Shown here: piece after piece, positions 19,934 to 30,477 of the stretch
Layout of the letters: every line of letters starts with the position of its first letter
How positions within the stretch are numbered: the stretch's first letter is position 1
IMG/VR virus record: IMGVR_UViG_3300031251_000012
Length of the DNA: 64,000 nt
Direction: 5' to 3' (one strand)
Origin: an uncultured virus (IMG/VR IMGVR_UViG_3300031251_000012)
Taxonomy: Duplodnaviria > Heunggongvirae > Uroviricota > Caudoviricetes
Notes under the pieces: model-generated
Told to the model about the DNA's origin: nothing
Seen by the model: the letters and a program-made list of their open reading frames with translations, nothing else
Database searches by the model: none
Program-made: the position numbers and the translations under genes

Positions 19934-20200
19934 TCAGTTAACGTTTTTCTTGCTCTTACCAGCAGTATCCGTAGGAACAACAAACTTGTCTTCCGAAGAT
20001 TTTGTTTTCTTTGCTGGCATATCATAAACAAGCACCGGCATAGAACTAACATTTGCGTAATACTTCTCTTGTTGTTCGACAAGTTTTTGAATTGTCTTTT
20101 CTTCCCTATTATATTCTTTTAGATATATAGTCAAAAGAAACGCGAATACACAAACAATAAATAACGCTAATGCGAGGAATAATGCTGTTCCGATTGTCAT
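19934..20200 (-). CDS. Single-pass membrane hypothetical protein
   Basis: N-terminal hydrophobic helix. Confidence 0.6.
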   Translation of the reverse strand: MTIGTALFLALALFIVCVFAFLLTIYLKEYNREEKTIQKLVEQQEKYYANVSSMPVLVYDMPAKKTKSSEDKFVVPTDTAGKSKKNVN

Positions 20201-20371
20201 TTGTCTTTCTCACTTTCTAAATATTTGTCAAACAGTTTTCTTGCTTTTTCAGAAACTTGTGCTGCTTTTTCTTGCGCTTTTGATGCCTGAACTAATAACT
20301 TCATATCACCAAGTTTTTCGATTGATGAAACGAATAGGGAAGTTTTAGTTAATAAGTCCATTGAATAAATG

Positions 20372-20701
20372 CTAAATTAGCAATAGATACTTTTCTACCT
20401 CGTCTGCATATTTAGCATAATATGGATTTCCTGTTTTATTGGCTTCAATAATTTTTTGAACTGAAACTTTCTCATATCCGCCTTTGATATTTTGTGCAAC
20501 ATATTTTTTAAACGCTAATGCTAAATTGCCTGCCACATTTAATCCACGTTTTTCATATTCTTTTATAACGCAAAATGAAAGCAGTCTTGCGTGTCCTGCT
20601 TTGATTTCACAATCATAATAATCAACTTTAACAACAAAATCATCATCAATAATTCTATACCAATCATCGGTATCACTATCTTTTTCGTAAGATTTAAACA
20701 T
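20372..20701 (-). CDS. 'DxDF/NVxAN/EKYLLL' family protein
   Basis: IIDDDF, LNVAGNL, KYADEVEKYLLLI. Confidence 0.75.
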   Translation of the reverse strand: MFKSYEKDSDTDDWYRIIDDDFVVKVDYYDCEIKAGHARLLSFCVIKEYEKRGLNVAGNLALAFKKYVAQNIKGGYEKVSVQKIIEANKTGNPYYAKYADEVEKYLLLI

Positions 20702-21365
20702 CGATTACCCTCACTGGATTACCAATCACATATTCATTATTTATGATAGCACACGAAGCACAATTTGCGAAAATAATATCATTAATTACTTTAACCCCCG
20801 CCCCTGAATGAATGTGGCCGAAACAATGAACCTTCAAGTTTTTTAACTGTTGAATGCGTTTTACAAGCATTTCACAACCAGGATTGCGAATAATCTCTTC
20901 TCCAAACCAAACTTCTCCTGTTCGAACTTCATCAAGTATTTCATATGGCGGACCGTGTGTTATGAGCACGCTAACGTCATCGTGTATAGCATTCCACTTC
21001 CTTGCAATCTCTTCACCTCGCGAAGCCATAAACGAATAATTTCCGTATGTCGGAGTCCAAGGCGAACCATAAAACTTCACACCATCAATAATAACTTCAT
21101 TGTCTTCGAGATATGTTATTCCATTATCTACTAAATAGCCAATAGCTTCATCACGAGAATCTGATTTATGTTCGAACGCATCATGATTACCAAAAATTGC
21201 AATTTTATTCTTATGTGGTAATGCCCCCATCCATTGAGCAAAATCATACATTACAGACAATTGACCACTCGTAGTAATATCTCCACAGCACACTGCTACA
21301 TCACCATCTGGCACAACAACGCGCCGATGATATGTATGGGTATCTGAAAAACAACATAATCTCAT
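20694..21365 (-). CDS. Calcineurin-like metallophosphoesterase
   Basis: SDTH, GD, GNHD, THGPP, FGHIH; start trimmed to ATG 21365 because the longer ORF runs into the tRNA. Confidence 0.9.
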   Translation of the reverse strand: MRLCCFSDTHTYHRRVVVPDGDVAVCCGDITTSGQLSVMYDFAQWMGALPHKNKIAIFGNHDAFEHKSDSRDEAIGYLVDNGITYLEDNEVIIDGVKFYGSPWTPTYGNYSFMASRGEEIARKWNAIHDDVSVLITHGPPYEILDEVRTGEVWFGEEIIRNPGCEMLVKRIQQLKNLKVHCFGHIHSGAGVKVINDIIFANCASCAIINNEYVIGNPVRVIDV

Positions 21366-21387
21366 CTTACTAAATATCCTAATATAG

Positions 21388-21461
21388 TCTTGGGTACTGG
21401 ACTCGAACCAGTGGCCTCGCCGACCCAAACGGCGCGCAATACCAGACTTTGCTAACCCAAG
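21388..21461 (-). tRNA. tRNA-Pro (UGG), CCA not encoded
   Basis: Acceptor CTTGGGT/ACCCAAG + A73; D stem GCAA/TTGC; anticodon arm CGCCG-TTTGGGT-CGGCG; T arm ACTGG-TTCGAGT-CCAGT. Confidence 0.92.
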
Positions 21462-21464
21462 ATT

Positions 21465-21500
21465 AAAAACTCACCCAGCATTTTTACATACTGGGTGAGC
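21465..21500 (-). terminator. Intrinsic terminator
   Basis: CTCACCCAG...CTGGGTGAG followed by TTTTT. Confidence 0.75.
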
Positions 21501-21554
21501 AGACCAACGAACAACACAACTAACAACAAGGAAACAAACTATGAAAAGAACGAA

Positions 21555-21902
21555 CTAAACTTTTGGAAGATTTAGTTTTGTTGCCGAGACAAACCATTGA
21601 TATAATGTTTCGAATGATTGAACTGGGCAGAAAAACAAGTTTTGAAGGAATGCTTCGAGATATTTCATCTTATTTGACATGAACGGTGTTTTATCAATGA
21701 ATAGTGATTTTACTGTTAATGCAACACCGAGACAGCCACCAACTAGAAAATATAACCCTGTGTGAAACAATACTCCGAATGCACCACCAAGAACAACTAC
21801 TGCATGACCAAGCAACCAAGGAATTGGCTTTGAACGATCGACCATGAAAAACACATAAACTGCGTATAATGCAAGGAAAACGAAGTGAAGTAGGTTAGGC
21901 AT
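21555..21902 (-). CDS. Membrane hypothetical protein
   Basis: Three hydrophobic segments; GGGAG RBS. Confidence 0.65.
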   Translation of the reverse strand: MPNLLHFVFLALYAVYVFFMVDRSKPIPWLLGHAVVVLGGAFGVLFHTGLYFLVGGCLGVALTVKSLFIDKTPFMSNKMKYLEAFLQNLFFCPVQSFETLYQWFVSATKLNLPKV

Positions 21903-21967
21903 TTGATTAACTCCCTTTGTTATCTGGTAAAATCCAGATTACTTTGGAATACAAAATTATGCCTATG

Positions 21968-23062
21968 TTATTGCCCTTTATTAAAGAAGGCTTTGATACA
22001 TTTCAAAATGTCATCATCGTTATCTATTGTAGCAACATTTACCTGATCGTTATCCCCGAAGTCTTTTTCAAGATAGCGAGGAAAATCACCACTACCACCA
22101 TTAGTTTTTGTTTCACCGAAGTTAACCACATTACAATTTGGAAGAATACGCTCATTCAACAATCTTCCGCATAGCTGATTGTCGCCATCTGAAAAATTAT
22201 CACCATCTCCAAAATTGAATACATAAGAATTATATTCAGAAAACGGAAACTCGTTTTCAAGAAGATCGGCAATAATCTTATATGCAGATGAGATTTGTGT
22301 TCCACCTGACGAATTGATTGAGAAAAACTGCTCACGCTCAACTATCTTGGCAGAAGTATCATGAACAATAAATACACTTTCCATGTCTTTATATGTTCTA
22401 CTAAGAATTAGATCAATCCAAAAGCATATCTTTTGTGCACGCTTTCGGGCTTCATCTGTCATTGACCCAGACACATCTATTGTGTATAGACACACCGCAT
22501 TGATTTCTGGCTTCGGCTGAATTGATGAAGACTTATATCGAAAATCACCTCTCTGTGGAATTACAATCGGATTAGAAGGATTATACATTCCAGTTGAGAT
22601 CTGGCGTTTTAATGCTTCTTTATACGAGCGTTTAAAATGACGCATACCGTCATTGCCAACCCTATTGACTTCATTCCATTTTGCTTTTTCTGATGAAGCC
22701 GAACCTTTACCTTTTGGTTCAAGGTCAGGAAGTTGAAGTTCTTCTCGGATCATATCTACAAGTTCATCTCTGTCAAATTCGACGAACATATGATCGCCAT
22801 CACCTTCGCCAGCTTCACCTTGTCCGGGCTTTCCTTTGCCCGGTCCCATTGGATCTCCGGGTTCCCCATTGCCCATCCCGCTACCACCACCTTGACCACC
22901 GAATGAAAATCTTGGAAGATCAATGCTTGCAAGGGGCACTTTAATAATTTTTCCTGAAACTTGTGCCGTCATGGCGTCTGACGTAGCAAACTTTTTTAGA
23001 TCTTTACGGACCTTACCTTTGACAATAGAATGAAACCGATCAACATCATTACCAATTTTCAT
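21968..23062 (-). CDS. YeaH/YhbH (DUF444) family VWA-containing protein
   Basis: DVDRF, P.F.FG, Gly-rich linker, LQLPDL.PK, DVSGSM, GGTQISSAY, GDGDN. Confidence 0.88.
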   Translation of the reverse strand: MKIGNDVDRFHSIVKGKVRKDLKKFATSDAMTAQVSGKIIKVPLASIDLPRFSFGGQGGGSGMGNGEPGDPMGPGKGKPGQGEAGEGDGDHMFVEFDRDELVDMIREELQLPDLEPKGKGSASSEKAKWNEVNRVGNDGMRHFKRSYKEALKRQISTGMYNPSNPIVIPQRGDFRYKSSSIQPKPEINAVCLYTIDVSGSMTDEARKRAQKICFWIDLILSRTYKDMESVFIVHDTSAKIVEREQFFSINSSGGTQISSAYKIIADLLENEFPFSEYNSYVFNFGDGDNFSDGDNQLCGRLLNERILPNCNVVNFGETKTNGGSGDFPRYLEKDFGDNDQVNVATIDNDDDILKCIKAFFNKGQ

Positions 23063-23196
23063 AATGTCATCCTTGTTATGGAACCATTTTTATGCCAGTT
23101 TTTGGATCAACCGGTGTTAACCAAAGCATAAAAGAAACGAATGCAAGTCCGCTAATGGCTATTAGAATGTAATGTAGCATCTGATTACCTAATACC

Positions 23197-23225
23197 ATAA
23201 TAATCACGGCTCGCCCGTCCGTCAA
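23197..23225 (-). promoter_or_regulatory. sigma70-type promoter
   Basis: TTGACG-17 bp-TATTAT. Confidence 0.75.
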
Positions 23226-23238
23226 GCCTGACACTCAC

Positions 23239-24299
23239 CTACATCAGCAACGAGTATTTGTCCCATTGCTCTTGTGTTAGAAACACATAACCTAATTTAA
23301 CCAATTCCTTATCATATAATTTTTTGCCTTCATCCAACGATGAAAACTTTATGCTCTTAGGTCCCGCACCATAATATTTAGAGCCATACATTTCATTTGG
23401 GTTATATGCGACCCACGCGCTCCAAGTATCACTATTATCTCTTAGATACCATCTAACAAAAATGATTATTTCTGGAACATCACCCGTATATGGAAGCCAA
23501 GGTGATAGTAAGTTTTCTTTATCCATAATTACACTAATATCTTGTATTTGTCAAACTGCTCTTCTGATGAACACAATATGTATCCATCTTTTTCTAACTC
23601 TCTATCAATTCTTTGCCGGCTAAATGAAACACTGTAATTATCTTGCCATCTTACACATTCTGCACGAAGATCATTATCCAATGATAGTCTATAATTCACT
23701 GTATAATGATCATGTATTTCAATACGCCAAGGCGATAGGATATAATCTGTTTTCATAATAATAACATTTGTTCTTCTGTCAAAAGAATATAACCTTTATT
23801 CACAAGCAATGTATCCATACTTGTCATCGCGCCTTCTTTTGTGTCAAAATATCTTTGCTTCTCAGTATAAAATGAATGCGTCCATTCTTTACCTATTGTT
23901 TGATACACCACACAAACAAAACTATAATTTTCTAAATTGCGTCTGCGATGATATCCATCTATCGAACTATATGGAGTGAGGTATCTGGATTTGTCCATTT
24001 TATATTAACAATGCTTGTTCTTCTGTCAAAATGACATAACCAAGTTTAATTAGATTCTTGTCTAAATCTACCATTGCTTCTCGTAATGAATAATATTGTT
24101 TATGTCTACAAGGTGTTATAAACCAGTATTTTCCTATGTCAAACTTTGTCGAATATAATATATGCCCATCATATATTGGATCTAATTCTTTTCCTGATAA
24201 AAACCTACGAATATATCTATGCGTATCGAGTTTTTTATCAAGTGAAAATTGAACTTTTTCATATGGCAACAAGTATTTAGAATGACTCATTCGTTTCAA
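23239..24299 (-). repeat. Four tandem paralogous small genes (23239-23526, 23529-23756, 23753-23998, 24000-24299)
   Basis: N-terminal L(S/T/L)P(W/Y) and C-terminal D..L...GY....xEQ...LL. Confidence 0.75.
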
Positions 24300-25428
24300 T
24301 AACCCTTTTCAATTCAGTCTTTGCCAACCATTCTTTTTGCCAAGATTTTGTTTCTTCAATGTATTGTAATGCTTCTTCTTTTGAATCGAAGTGTTTCGTT
24401 CTGGCAGTTCGATCGTCAAGATCATTTGTTATATTGCCAAGACTATCTGGAAGCCAACATATAAAATATACTTTATAGTAAGTTTTAGTATCCATAGTAT
24501 TTTGCTTCTTTCCCCATAACTATGTAATCACTCATATGTGATAATGCTTCGTCTAACCCAATACAGCCGTCTATTTCATCACCAACTTCACCACCCCATT
24601 TTGTTTCACCATCAATATCTAATCGAAGATATCCAGAACGATATCTAATATAGATATCATGATCATCAATTGTTTTTCCTTCCCATTGTGATGGGCAACC
24701 CAAGCAAGTTTGTTTTATTATTTTTATCTTATAAACATAATGTTTCTTTATATAGTTTTTCATAATCTTTTCCGAATACCTTTCTCGCTTCACTAATCAA
24801 TAATTCCAAAAACTTTTCTTCATCTTTTGGTTTCGCCACGGCGTGCTTATTTTTAGTTATATACTCAATGAACTGCTCTTGTTCAATAATAAATCTGAAC
24901 ACGGCTCCAACCGCGAATATATTTTTTGGTTCTTGAAGATTGGCGCGAAACTGTTCTAATGAAACTTTTCGATTATAAAAATATGTTTCTCGATGAAGAA
25001 CTATATCGATAGGGTTTGCTCCACCTTGTTTCATTTGTGTTTTGGGCAGATTGCTTTGATTACTTTGGCGTCTTCCATATCAAGTTTCCAGCCAGCGTTT
25101 TTCATTGTTTTAATCATATCGCTCCAAGTTTCTGAAAATTGATCGAAACCTACTTGTTGAAGTTGCTTACAGCCTTCGTGATCGCATACAAAATTAATCC
25201 ATACTGCCATTTTATTTTTCCCTTAGATATGCTTTTGCTACCATTATTTGTCCAAGCAATTCGCCAACCAGTCTTTCGATCTCATCGTAATTTTTAGATT
25301 GATTTTTTGTCCAATCATTATCACAATAACATGAGGTTTGTCTGCTTTTTTCTTGAAACTTTTTCAGATCTTCTTGAAGACCTATCAAGTATAGATTTGC
25401 ATTATCACGAGTCAATCCTTCTTCCATC

Positions 25429-25947
25429 TTATACTCCAAGGTATTCGTTTAGCATGATATCAATTTGAGATTTTACATCTGGATCGCTAATCAATGCTGG
25501 TGGTAAATCATAACTTTGAAAGGGGTTCATCCATAAATATATTGCAGAATGAAAATTATAATCAACTATTCTTTTCCAATTACTTGGAATATCAAAATTA
25601 GGATTTATTCTTTTGTTTGCATAGCATTGTGCTAAGTATGCTGCTTTTTCATAATTGGCACGGAACAAAAACGGGAAGGGTAAAAAATATAGGAATGAAT
25701 AAAATATATTTTTGTTTCTTTGAATCACATGAACAATTTCATGTAATACGCGTGCTGGGTCTTGTTCTACTTGTTCAAGTGATACTACATAAATAGTATT
25801 TCCAATTGTTGTCCAATAATTTGTCATGAATGCGTTTGTTTGCCAAAACATTATTGTTGCAATAGCTTTCATGAACCATGAAGACTTCTTTTCTATTATA
25901 TTTACCTGTGGGTAATGTTTTTTTATAACACTAACTATTGATGCCAT
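25429..25947 (-). CDS. Putative zincin metallopeptidase-like protein
   Basis: TTIGNTIY, LHEIVHVIQ, YEKAAY. Confidence 0.6.
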   Translation of the reverse strand: MASIVSVIKKHYPQVNIIEKKSSWFMKAIATIMFWQTNAFMTNYWTTIGNTIYVVSLEQVEQDPARVLHEIVHVIQRNKNIFYSFLYFLPFPFLFRANYEKAAYLAQCYANKRINPNFDIPSNWKRIVDYNFHSAIYLWMNPFQSYDLPPALISDPDVKSQIDIMLNEYLGV

Positions 25948-26153
25948 ATTATTTACTCCATTCGCTTATTATTTTTGGTCGATGAACACATGGCATTTTG
26001 CATGGCTCATCCATATCTGCATCAAGGCAGACTTCATATTTATAACATATATCACATATCCAATCACCATTGATTGTTTGTGCGTGTTTTATATATTTGC
26101 TACCGTGTTTGCAATCTTTGCACGGGCAATAATTACAATAACTCATAGACTTC

Positions 26154-26546
26154 TTACTTTAATATTGCTAATCTTTCTACATTAGAAAACTTTTTTAGAT
26201 CTTCTAAATCAATTTTAAATCTTGGTATTTTATTTATAGTATAACAGTCTTCAATATATGGCATTTCACTATTTTCTAATTCATATCTAATATATGGTAG
26301 CATTTGCTCATATACATGAGATCTTTCGTGTGGTGGATATTTTCCTGAATATGATGATACAATAAAATCATCTACAACAATTTCTTTTTTGCCTGCTTTT
26401 ATTGCGCATTTTGTATTGTCGAATATGTTTTTCCACATAACACTAATAAAATTAGCGACAAACTTGTCATCTATATAAGCGAACTCATATTTAGTTTCTG
26501 AGAATATCTTTATTAATTCAATTTTAGCGTCTTTTTTTTCCACCAT
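26154..26546 (-). CDS. Hypothetical protein with ERLAILK tail
   Basis: Open frame; C-terminal motif. Confidence 0.6.
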   Translation of the reverse strand: MVEKKDAKIELIKIFSETKYEFAYIDDKFVANFISVMWKNIFDNTKCAIKAGKKEIVVDDFIVSSYSGKYPPHERSHVYEQMLPYIRYELENSEMPYIEDCYTINKIPRFKIDLEDLKKFSNVERLAILK

Positions 26547-26864
26547 TTATCCTAATATAAAAAATATTTTGCTGTCTTTAACGCACAATTTATATAATTT
26601 ATGTTTTGGTAATTTAGATTTTTTTACAATAGCATTAATAATTGCCATTGCAATCTTCAACTCTTCGTCTTGAAGAAAAAAATTAGTCGTTTTATATTGT
26701 AGTGTTTTTTCTTTATTATGTGGATATTCAAGATTTGGGTTATAACAAACGGCTTCAATTATCAATGATTTACCACGAACAAACTCTAAATTAAGCACAC
26801 GATATTCGAAGCGTTGCTTCTGATATCGGCATTCACCTGATGATGCTGTGCTCGTTAAGTTCAT
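26547..26864 (-). CDS. Hypothetical protein
   Basis: Open frame preceded by AATAAAACGGCATA motif. Confidence 0.55.
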   Translation of the reverse strand: MNLTSTASSGECRYQKQRFEYRVLNLEFVRGKSLIIEAVCYNPNLEYPHNKEKTLQYKTTNFFLQDEELKIAMAIINAIVKKSKLPKHKLYKLCVKDSKIFFILG

Positions 26865-26884
26865 AACACTATGCCGTTTTATTG

Positions 26885-27790
26885 TTAGTAGTTAGTAGTC
26901 CAAGTAGAACTATTAATAAATATTGGTATGAGGGCTGAACCAGTTGTTGATGCTGATGAATACATCATTGGTTTGGGGACATCTTCTTTATCTTCATCCT
27001 CATCATCATCCCCGCTCTCTTCTGAAACTTGTTTTGTATCCGAGTTTTGTCTAAAAATATCTATATAGTCTTTATATCTTGGTTGTATCGGATCTTCTTG
27101 TTTTCGCTCTGGTCTTGGCGCTGTGCGATCATAAAATTTATATCTTGCTAATCCGTCTTCTGAAAATGTAAGTATAGATGATGATCGTGTGCAATATGTT
27201 ATATCTTTTTTAGGTTTTAATCTAATACCGTATTCTCTGTTCGCAAGGGTTGTTTTCAACAACTTATAGTATTCAAGCCAAGGCTTGTCTTTTACCGGAT
27301 CAAGTTTTGAGTGAATATATTGATTTTTTCTTGGTGATGTATTGAATACCATATCATTCGATATTGTATGAACTCCATTATTTAATTCTTTTATTACAAC
27401 CGAATGCAATATATATGATTGTGCAAGGAATATTTTGTTTTGATTTCCGAAAACTAAATTAAATCCGTTATATATCGAAGGATCGATACTTTCTACAAAC
27501 TCAATAAGATCATTAAGTGATGTAGATTTCAATGCTTCCATTACAATTTTACCACGAGTTTCTAATTTATCGTTAGTTGTTCCTTGATTCGTAATTGCGA
27601 CGAATAACGAATGACCATTAACCGCGAGCCAAGTTCCACCTTTTAAATCATCCCGACCACCCATAATCAGTGGATCTGTTGATAGTAATTGAACTCCTGA
27701 TGATGGACGACCAATATCCTCATCGCGATTTGATGCAATAACAAGTGGGAAGCTTTTATAGTGATGATTGATTACTATGATGGAACACAT
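26885..27790 (-). CDS. NRDE/TANGO2 family protein (Ntn-hydrolase-like)
   Basis: MC start, SNRDE, GRD..GGTWL, ITN, RG, YNGFNL, TRSS. Confidence 0.9.
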   Translation of the reverse strand: MCSIIVINHHYKSFPLVIASNRDEDIGRPSSGVQLLSTDPLIMGGRDDLKGGTWLAVNGHSLFVAITNQGTTNDKLETRGKIVMEALKSTSLNDLIEFVESIDPSIYNGFNLVFGNQNKIFLAQSYILHSVVIKELNNGVHTISNDMVFNTSPRKNQYIHSKLDPVKDKPWLEYYKLLKTTLANREYGIRLKPKKDITYCTRSSSILTFSEDGLARYKFYDRTAPRPERKQEDPIQPRYKDYIDIFRQNSDTKQVSEESGDDDEDEDKEDVPKPMMYSSASTTGSALIPIFINSSTWTTNY

Positions 27791-27800
27791 TGTATTAGTA

Positions 27801-28016
27801 TTATCCTCGTGTTGCCTTGATTACTTTGTCTTTTTCAATAAAAAGATTAACTCTATCTCCACGATGCTCTGCTGTATATGGTTTTTTCTCTTCTACCACT
27901 CTAACATCATTTACGCCATTTAGTTTTAGCGTTCGAACGGCTTGCTCTTCTGTCATACCAATGATATGATCAATTACATCATCGTGCGTTGCTTGAATTG
28001 TCGGTGTATGTTTCAT
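27801..28016 (-). CDS. Peptidase inhibitor I78/potato-I-like small protein
   Basis: IGMTEEQA, VRVV, TAEHRGDRVNLFIE..KV....G. Confidence 0.65.
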   Translation of the reverse strand: MKHTPTIQATHDDVIDHIIGMTEEQAVRTLKLNGVNDVRVVEEKKPYTAEHRGDRVNLFIEKDKVIKATRG

Positions 28017-28026
28017 TTTATTTATC

Positions 28027-28839
28027 CTATGCTGCTCGTTTTAATACCATATTAGCTCTACTTGGTTTAAGTTTTTGTAAATGAGTTTTTACTTTACCAA
28101 GAAAATAATCTCTTTCTTTAAGACCTTCAATATTTTTAGTTGCTTCCAATATCGATACCATAACTGGTATATTCAATTTATCAAAAGCAATGACACGAAA
28201 AATATCATCAATAATTGATGTCTTTTTCTCTTCAATCATTTTATTCAATTTATCAAAAACAAAATCAGTTGCCTGTGCTGTTTTGTTATATTTTAATAAA
28301 TCATTGACTTTATCGAAAAATGCTTCCCGCTCTTTATACGCTGGACTACCATAATATCCGTGATTATTATAATCCGATTGCGTATATGTGTTTTGTGGTG
28401 GTGTGTATGGTGCAGTATATGCAGTCTGTTGTGTTTTACTTGACTTATTCGTCTCAACATTTGAATAAGGATAGGTAGCGTTAGACAACTCTTTTATATT
28501 CAAAACAAAAAAATTGTATATAATATCTTCTATCTCTTTCGACCACTCTATAATTCCGGTTGCTTCATTTACTCTTTCGCCCGTGATATAGTCTTTTATA
28601 TCAAAAGCATAAAATTGAATCCGTCTATTTATTGCATCCACATGAACATAAAACTCTTCATTAGTGTAATATTTACACCAAGGCATTGGAAGTGATTTTA
28701 GTTTATTTCCATAGACAATGAACTTTTTGTTTTCGTCGAAGAAAAAATAATTTACATCTCTCTTTGGATTTGATTTTATTTGATCGAGAAAGGTATAGAT
28801 CTTATTAATAGTAGTGTAGTCGCTTGTTGGTAATGTCAT
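28027..28839 (-). CDS. Hypothetical protein
   Basis: Long open frame. Confidence 0.65.
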   Translation of the reverse strand: MTLPTSDYTTINKIYTFLDQIKSNPKRDVNYFFFDENKKFIVYGNKLKSLPMPWCKYYTNEEFYVHVDAINRRIQFYAFDIKDYITGERVNEATGIIEWSKEIEDIIYNFFVLNIKELSNATYPYSNVETNKSSKTQQTAYTAPYTPPQNTYTQSDYNNHGYYGSPAYKEREAFFDKVNDLLKYNKTAQATDFVFDKLNKMIEEKKTSIIDDIFRVIAFDKLNIPVMVSILEATKNIEGLKERDYFLGKVKTHLQKLKPSRANMVLKRAA

Positions 28840-28840
28840 T

Positions 28841-29332
28841 TTAATTTAACTCTGGGTTTCCGTCTGGTTTTTTGACAACAATGATTTCTGCTAATTCTTC
28901 TTTTGTTTCTTCTAAAACTTCTTCCTTCACTTCCGAAGAATGCTCCTCTTTTTGCATTGGTGGAACCAATCGTAAATGGGATACTGTTTTTGGTTTCTTT
29001 GTTGTTAGCCCAACATTTTCAGTTGATATGATATTGCTTGCAGTCCAAGACAAAACAAAATTGGCATCGCTTCCCGCAACAATGATAGAAAAAAACGGTA
29101 TCTTGTTTTCAGTGAGCGCGCCCGACAACGCCTCTCTTACTTTATCTACGGTTGTGGCATTATGGGAATTGACAAGAACTCCAAACAATGCTGATGGACT
29201 ATTGTGATCTGCGAGAATATGTGTTGTGCTAAATGGCATAACACCATATCCGCATCTAAAAAATATTGCAACAATTTTATCTATTGATGCATCCGCTGGT
29301 AATGACATAATAACTGCGCAGGTGTTTTTCAT
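28841..29332 (-). CDS. Hypothetical protein, distant paralogue of 29334..29714
   Basis: DK.....GY.V, SP, SNII shared. Confidence 0.6.
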   Translation of the reverse strand: MKNTCAVIMSLPADASIDKIVAIFFRCGYGVMPFSTTHILADHNSPSALFGVLVNSHNATTVDKVREALSGALTENKIPFFSIIVAGSDANFVLSWTASNIISTENVGLTTKKPKTVSHLRLVPPMQKEEHSSEVKEEVLEETKEELAEIIVVKKPDGNPELN

Positions 29333-29333
29333 T

Positions 29334-29714
29334 TTAATTTTCTAATTTTTCTTCTGTTGTTTCAGTTTCTGGTTTTAGCATTTTTAGATATGGAACTTCT
29401 CGTTTTATCTTTGGTTTTCTTGTTAGTATTATATTAGAACGCGTCATTATCATAAAATGACCATCTGAATAAAACATTGAATGATATTTCGTGCAACTTA
29501 ATAATTCTTTTATTTCTTTACTACATTTAGTCGCATTTTCTTCGTTGTATTCTAATTTATTTTCCAGTAAGAATTGGATCACATATGATGGTGAGTTAGA
29601 TTGATCTTCAATAAAAAGGCTTCTTGATACTTTATATCCACCTTTAACTAAGGCTGTAATAGCCTTGTCTGCATAACTTTCTAACAAAAATGTTATTGTA
29701 AGTTTTATATTCAT
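29334..29714 (-). CDS. Hypothetical protein, distant paralogue of 28841..29332
   Basis: Same shared motifs. Confidence 0.6.
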   Translation of the reverse strand: MNIKLTITFLLESYADKAITALVKGGYKVSRSLFIEDQSNSPSYVIQFLLENKLEYNEENATKCSKEIKELLSCTKYHSMFYSDGHFMIMTRSNIILTRKPKIKREVPYLKMLKPETETTEEKLEN

Positions 29715-29716
29715 TT

Positions 29717-30475
29717 TTATTTTTCCTCAACAATACAGGACGATTTCAATCCATCCAATACTGCAACTGAATCACATCCATATATGCCAGCCGCATATAT
29801 AGGGTTTTCTTCAATAATTGCATACTTATCTTTATCATATCTTCCGAGATCAATTACAAAACTATCAACACATTGAACTCTTTCGTCTTTTAAGAGTTTA
29901 TTTGTAAATGACACAACATCATTAAAATTGTTTTGGTAATTCTTTGTAAGATTGAACTCTGCCGGTTGTTTTGAGATCTGCATTTGTTTTGTATGAAGCC
30001 AATAACAAGAACAAGATATTACTTCTCTGTTCTTTACAACGCATCTGTATTCAGAAGTAAAACTCATAACATCTGATATTAAAACTGGCACCCTATCACT
30101 CAATGATGAGTTTAATTCTTTACCAGATCCATATACTTTTGCTGTAAAAACTTTATCATCTGCTGGTTTTATGAACTTTTCTGTTTCCACTAATCTTGCT
30201 TCACCTAAATTAGTAAAAATAACTTTTCTACTAACATATTCTTCTGGAAGTTTTGCGAGCCAATTTAGTGGATTACGAATAAGTTTCCAGCCCATTTGCT
30301 CTGCAATTGTTTCGCAAAACAACCATTCACCATATACGGCTCCAACTAATCCTTTACTTTTTAGATAGTCTGGAACTCGCCAGCTATCACTATATACTGA
30401 CCAGCCAAGCGCCTGTGCAGTATTGATTAGTGTTCTGGTTTCAGACTTTATATTTGGTGTTGTGATTAGAAGCAT
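29717..30475 (-). CDS. ATP-grasp domain protein (DUF4343/R2K-like)
   Basis: FIKPADDKVF, SEYRC, VIDLG, IIEENP...GIYG. Confidence 0.8.
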   Translation of the reverse strand: MLLITTPNIKSETRTLINTAQALGWSVYSDSWRVPDYLKSKGLVGAVYGEWLFCETIAEQMGWKLIRNPLNWLAKLPEEYVSRKVIFTNLGEARLVETEKFIKPADDKVFTAKVYGSGKELNSSLSDRVPVLISDVMSFTSEYRCVVKNREVISCSCYWLHTKQMQISKQPAEFNLTKNYQNNFNDVVSFTNKLLKDERVQCVDSFVIDLGRYDKDKYAIIEENPIYAAGIYGCDSVAVLDGLKSSCIVEEK

Positions 30476-30477
30476 TG

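Noticed and set aside
21366..21428. N-terminal extension of the metallophosphoesterase ORF
   Set aside because: Overlaps the tRNA-Pro; the domain begins at ATG 21365.
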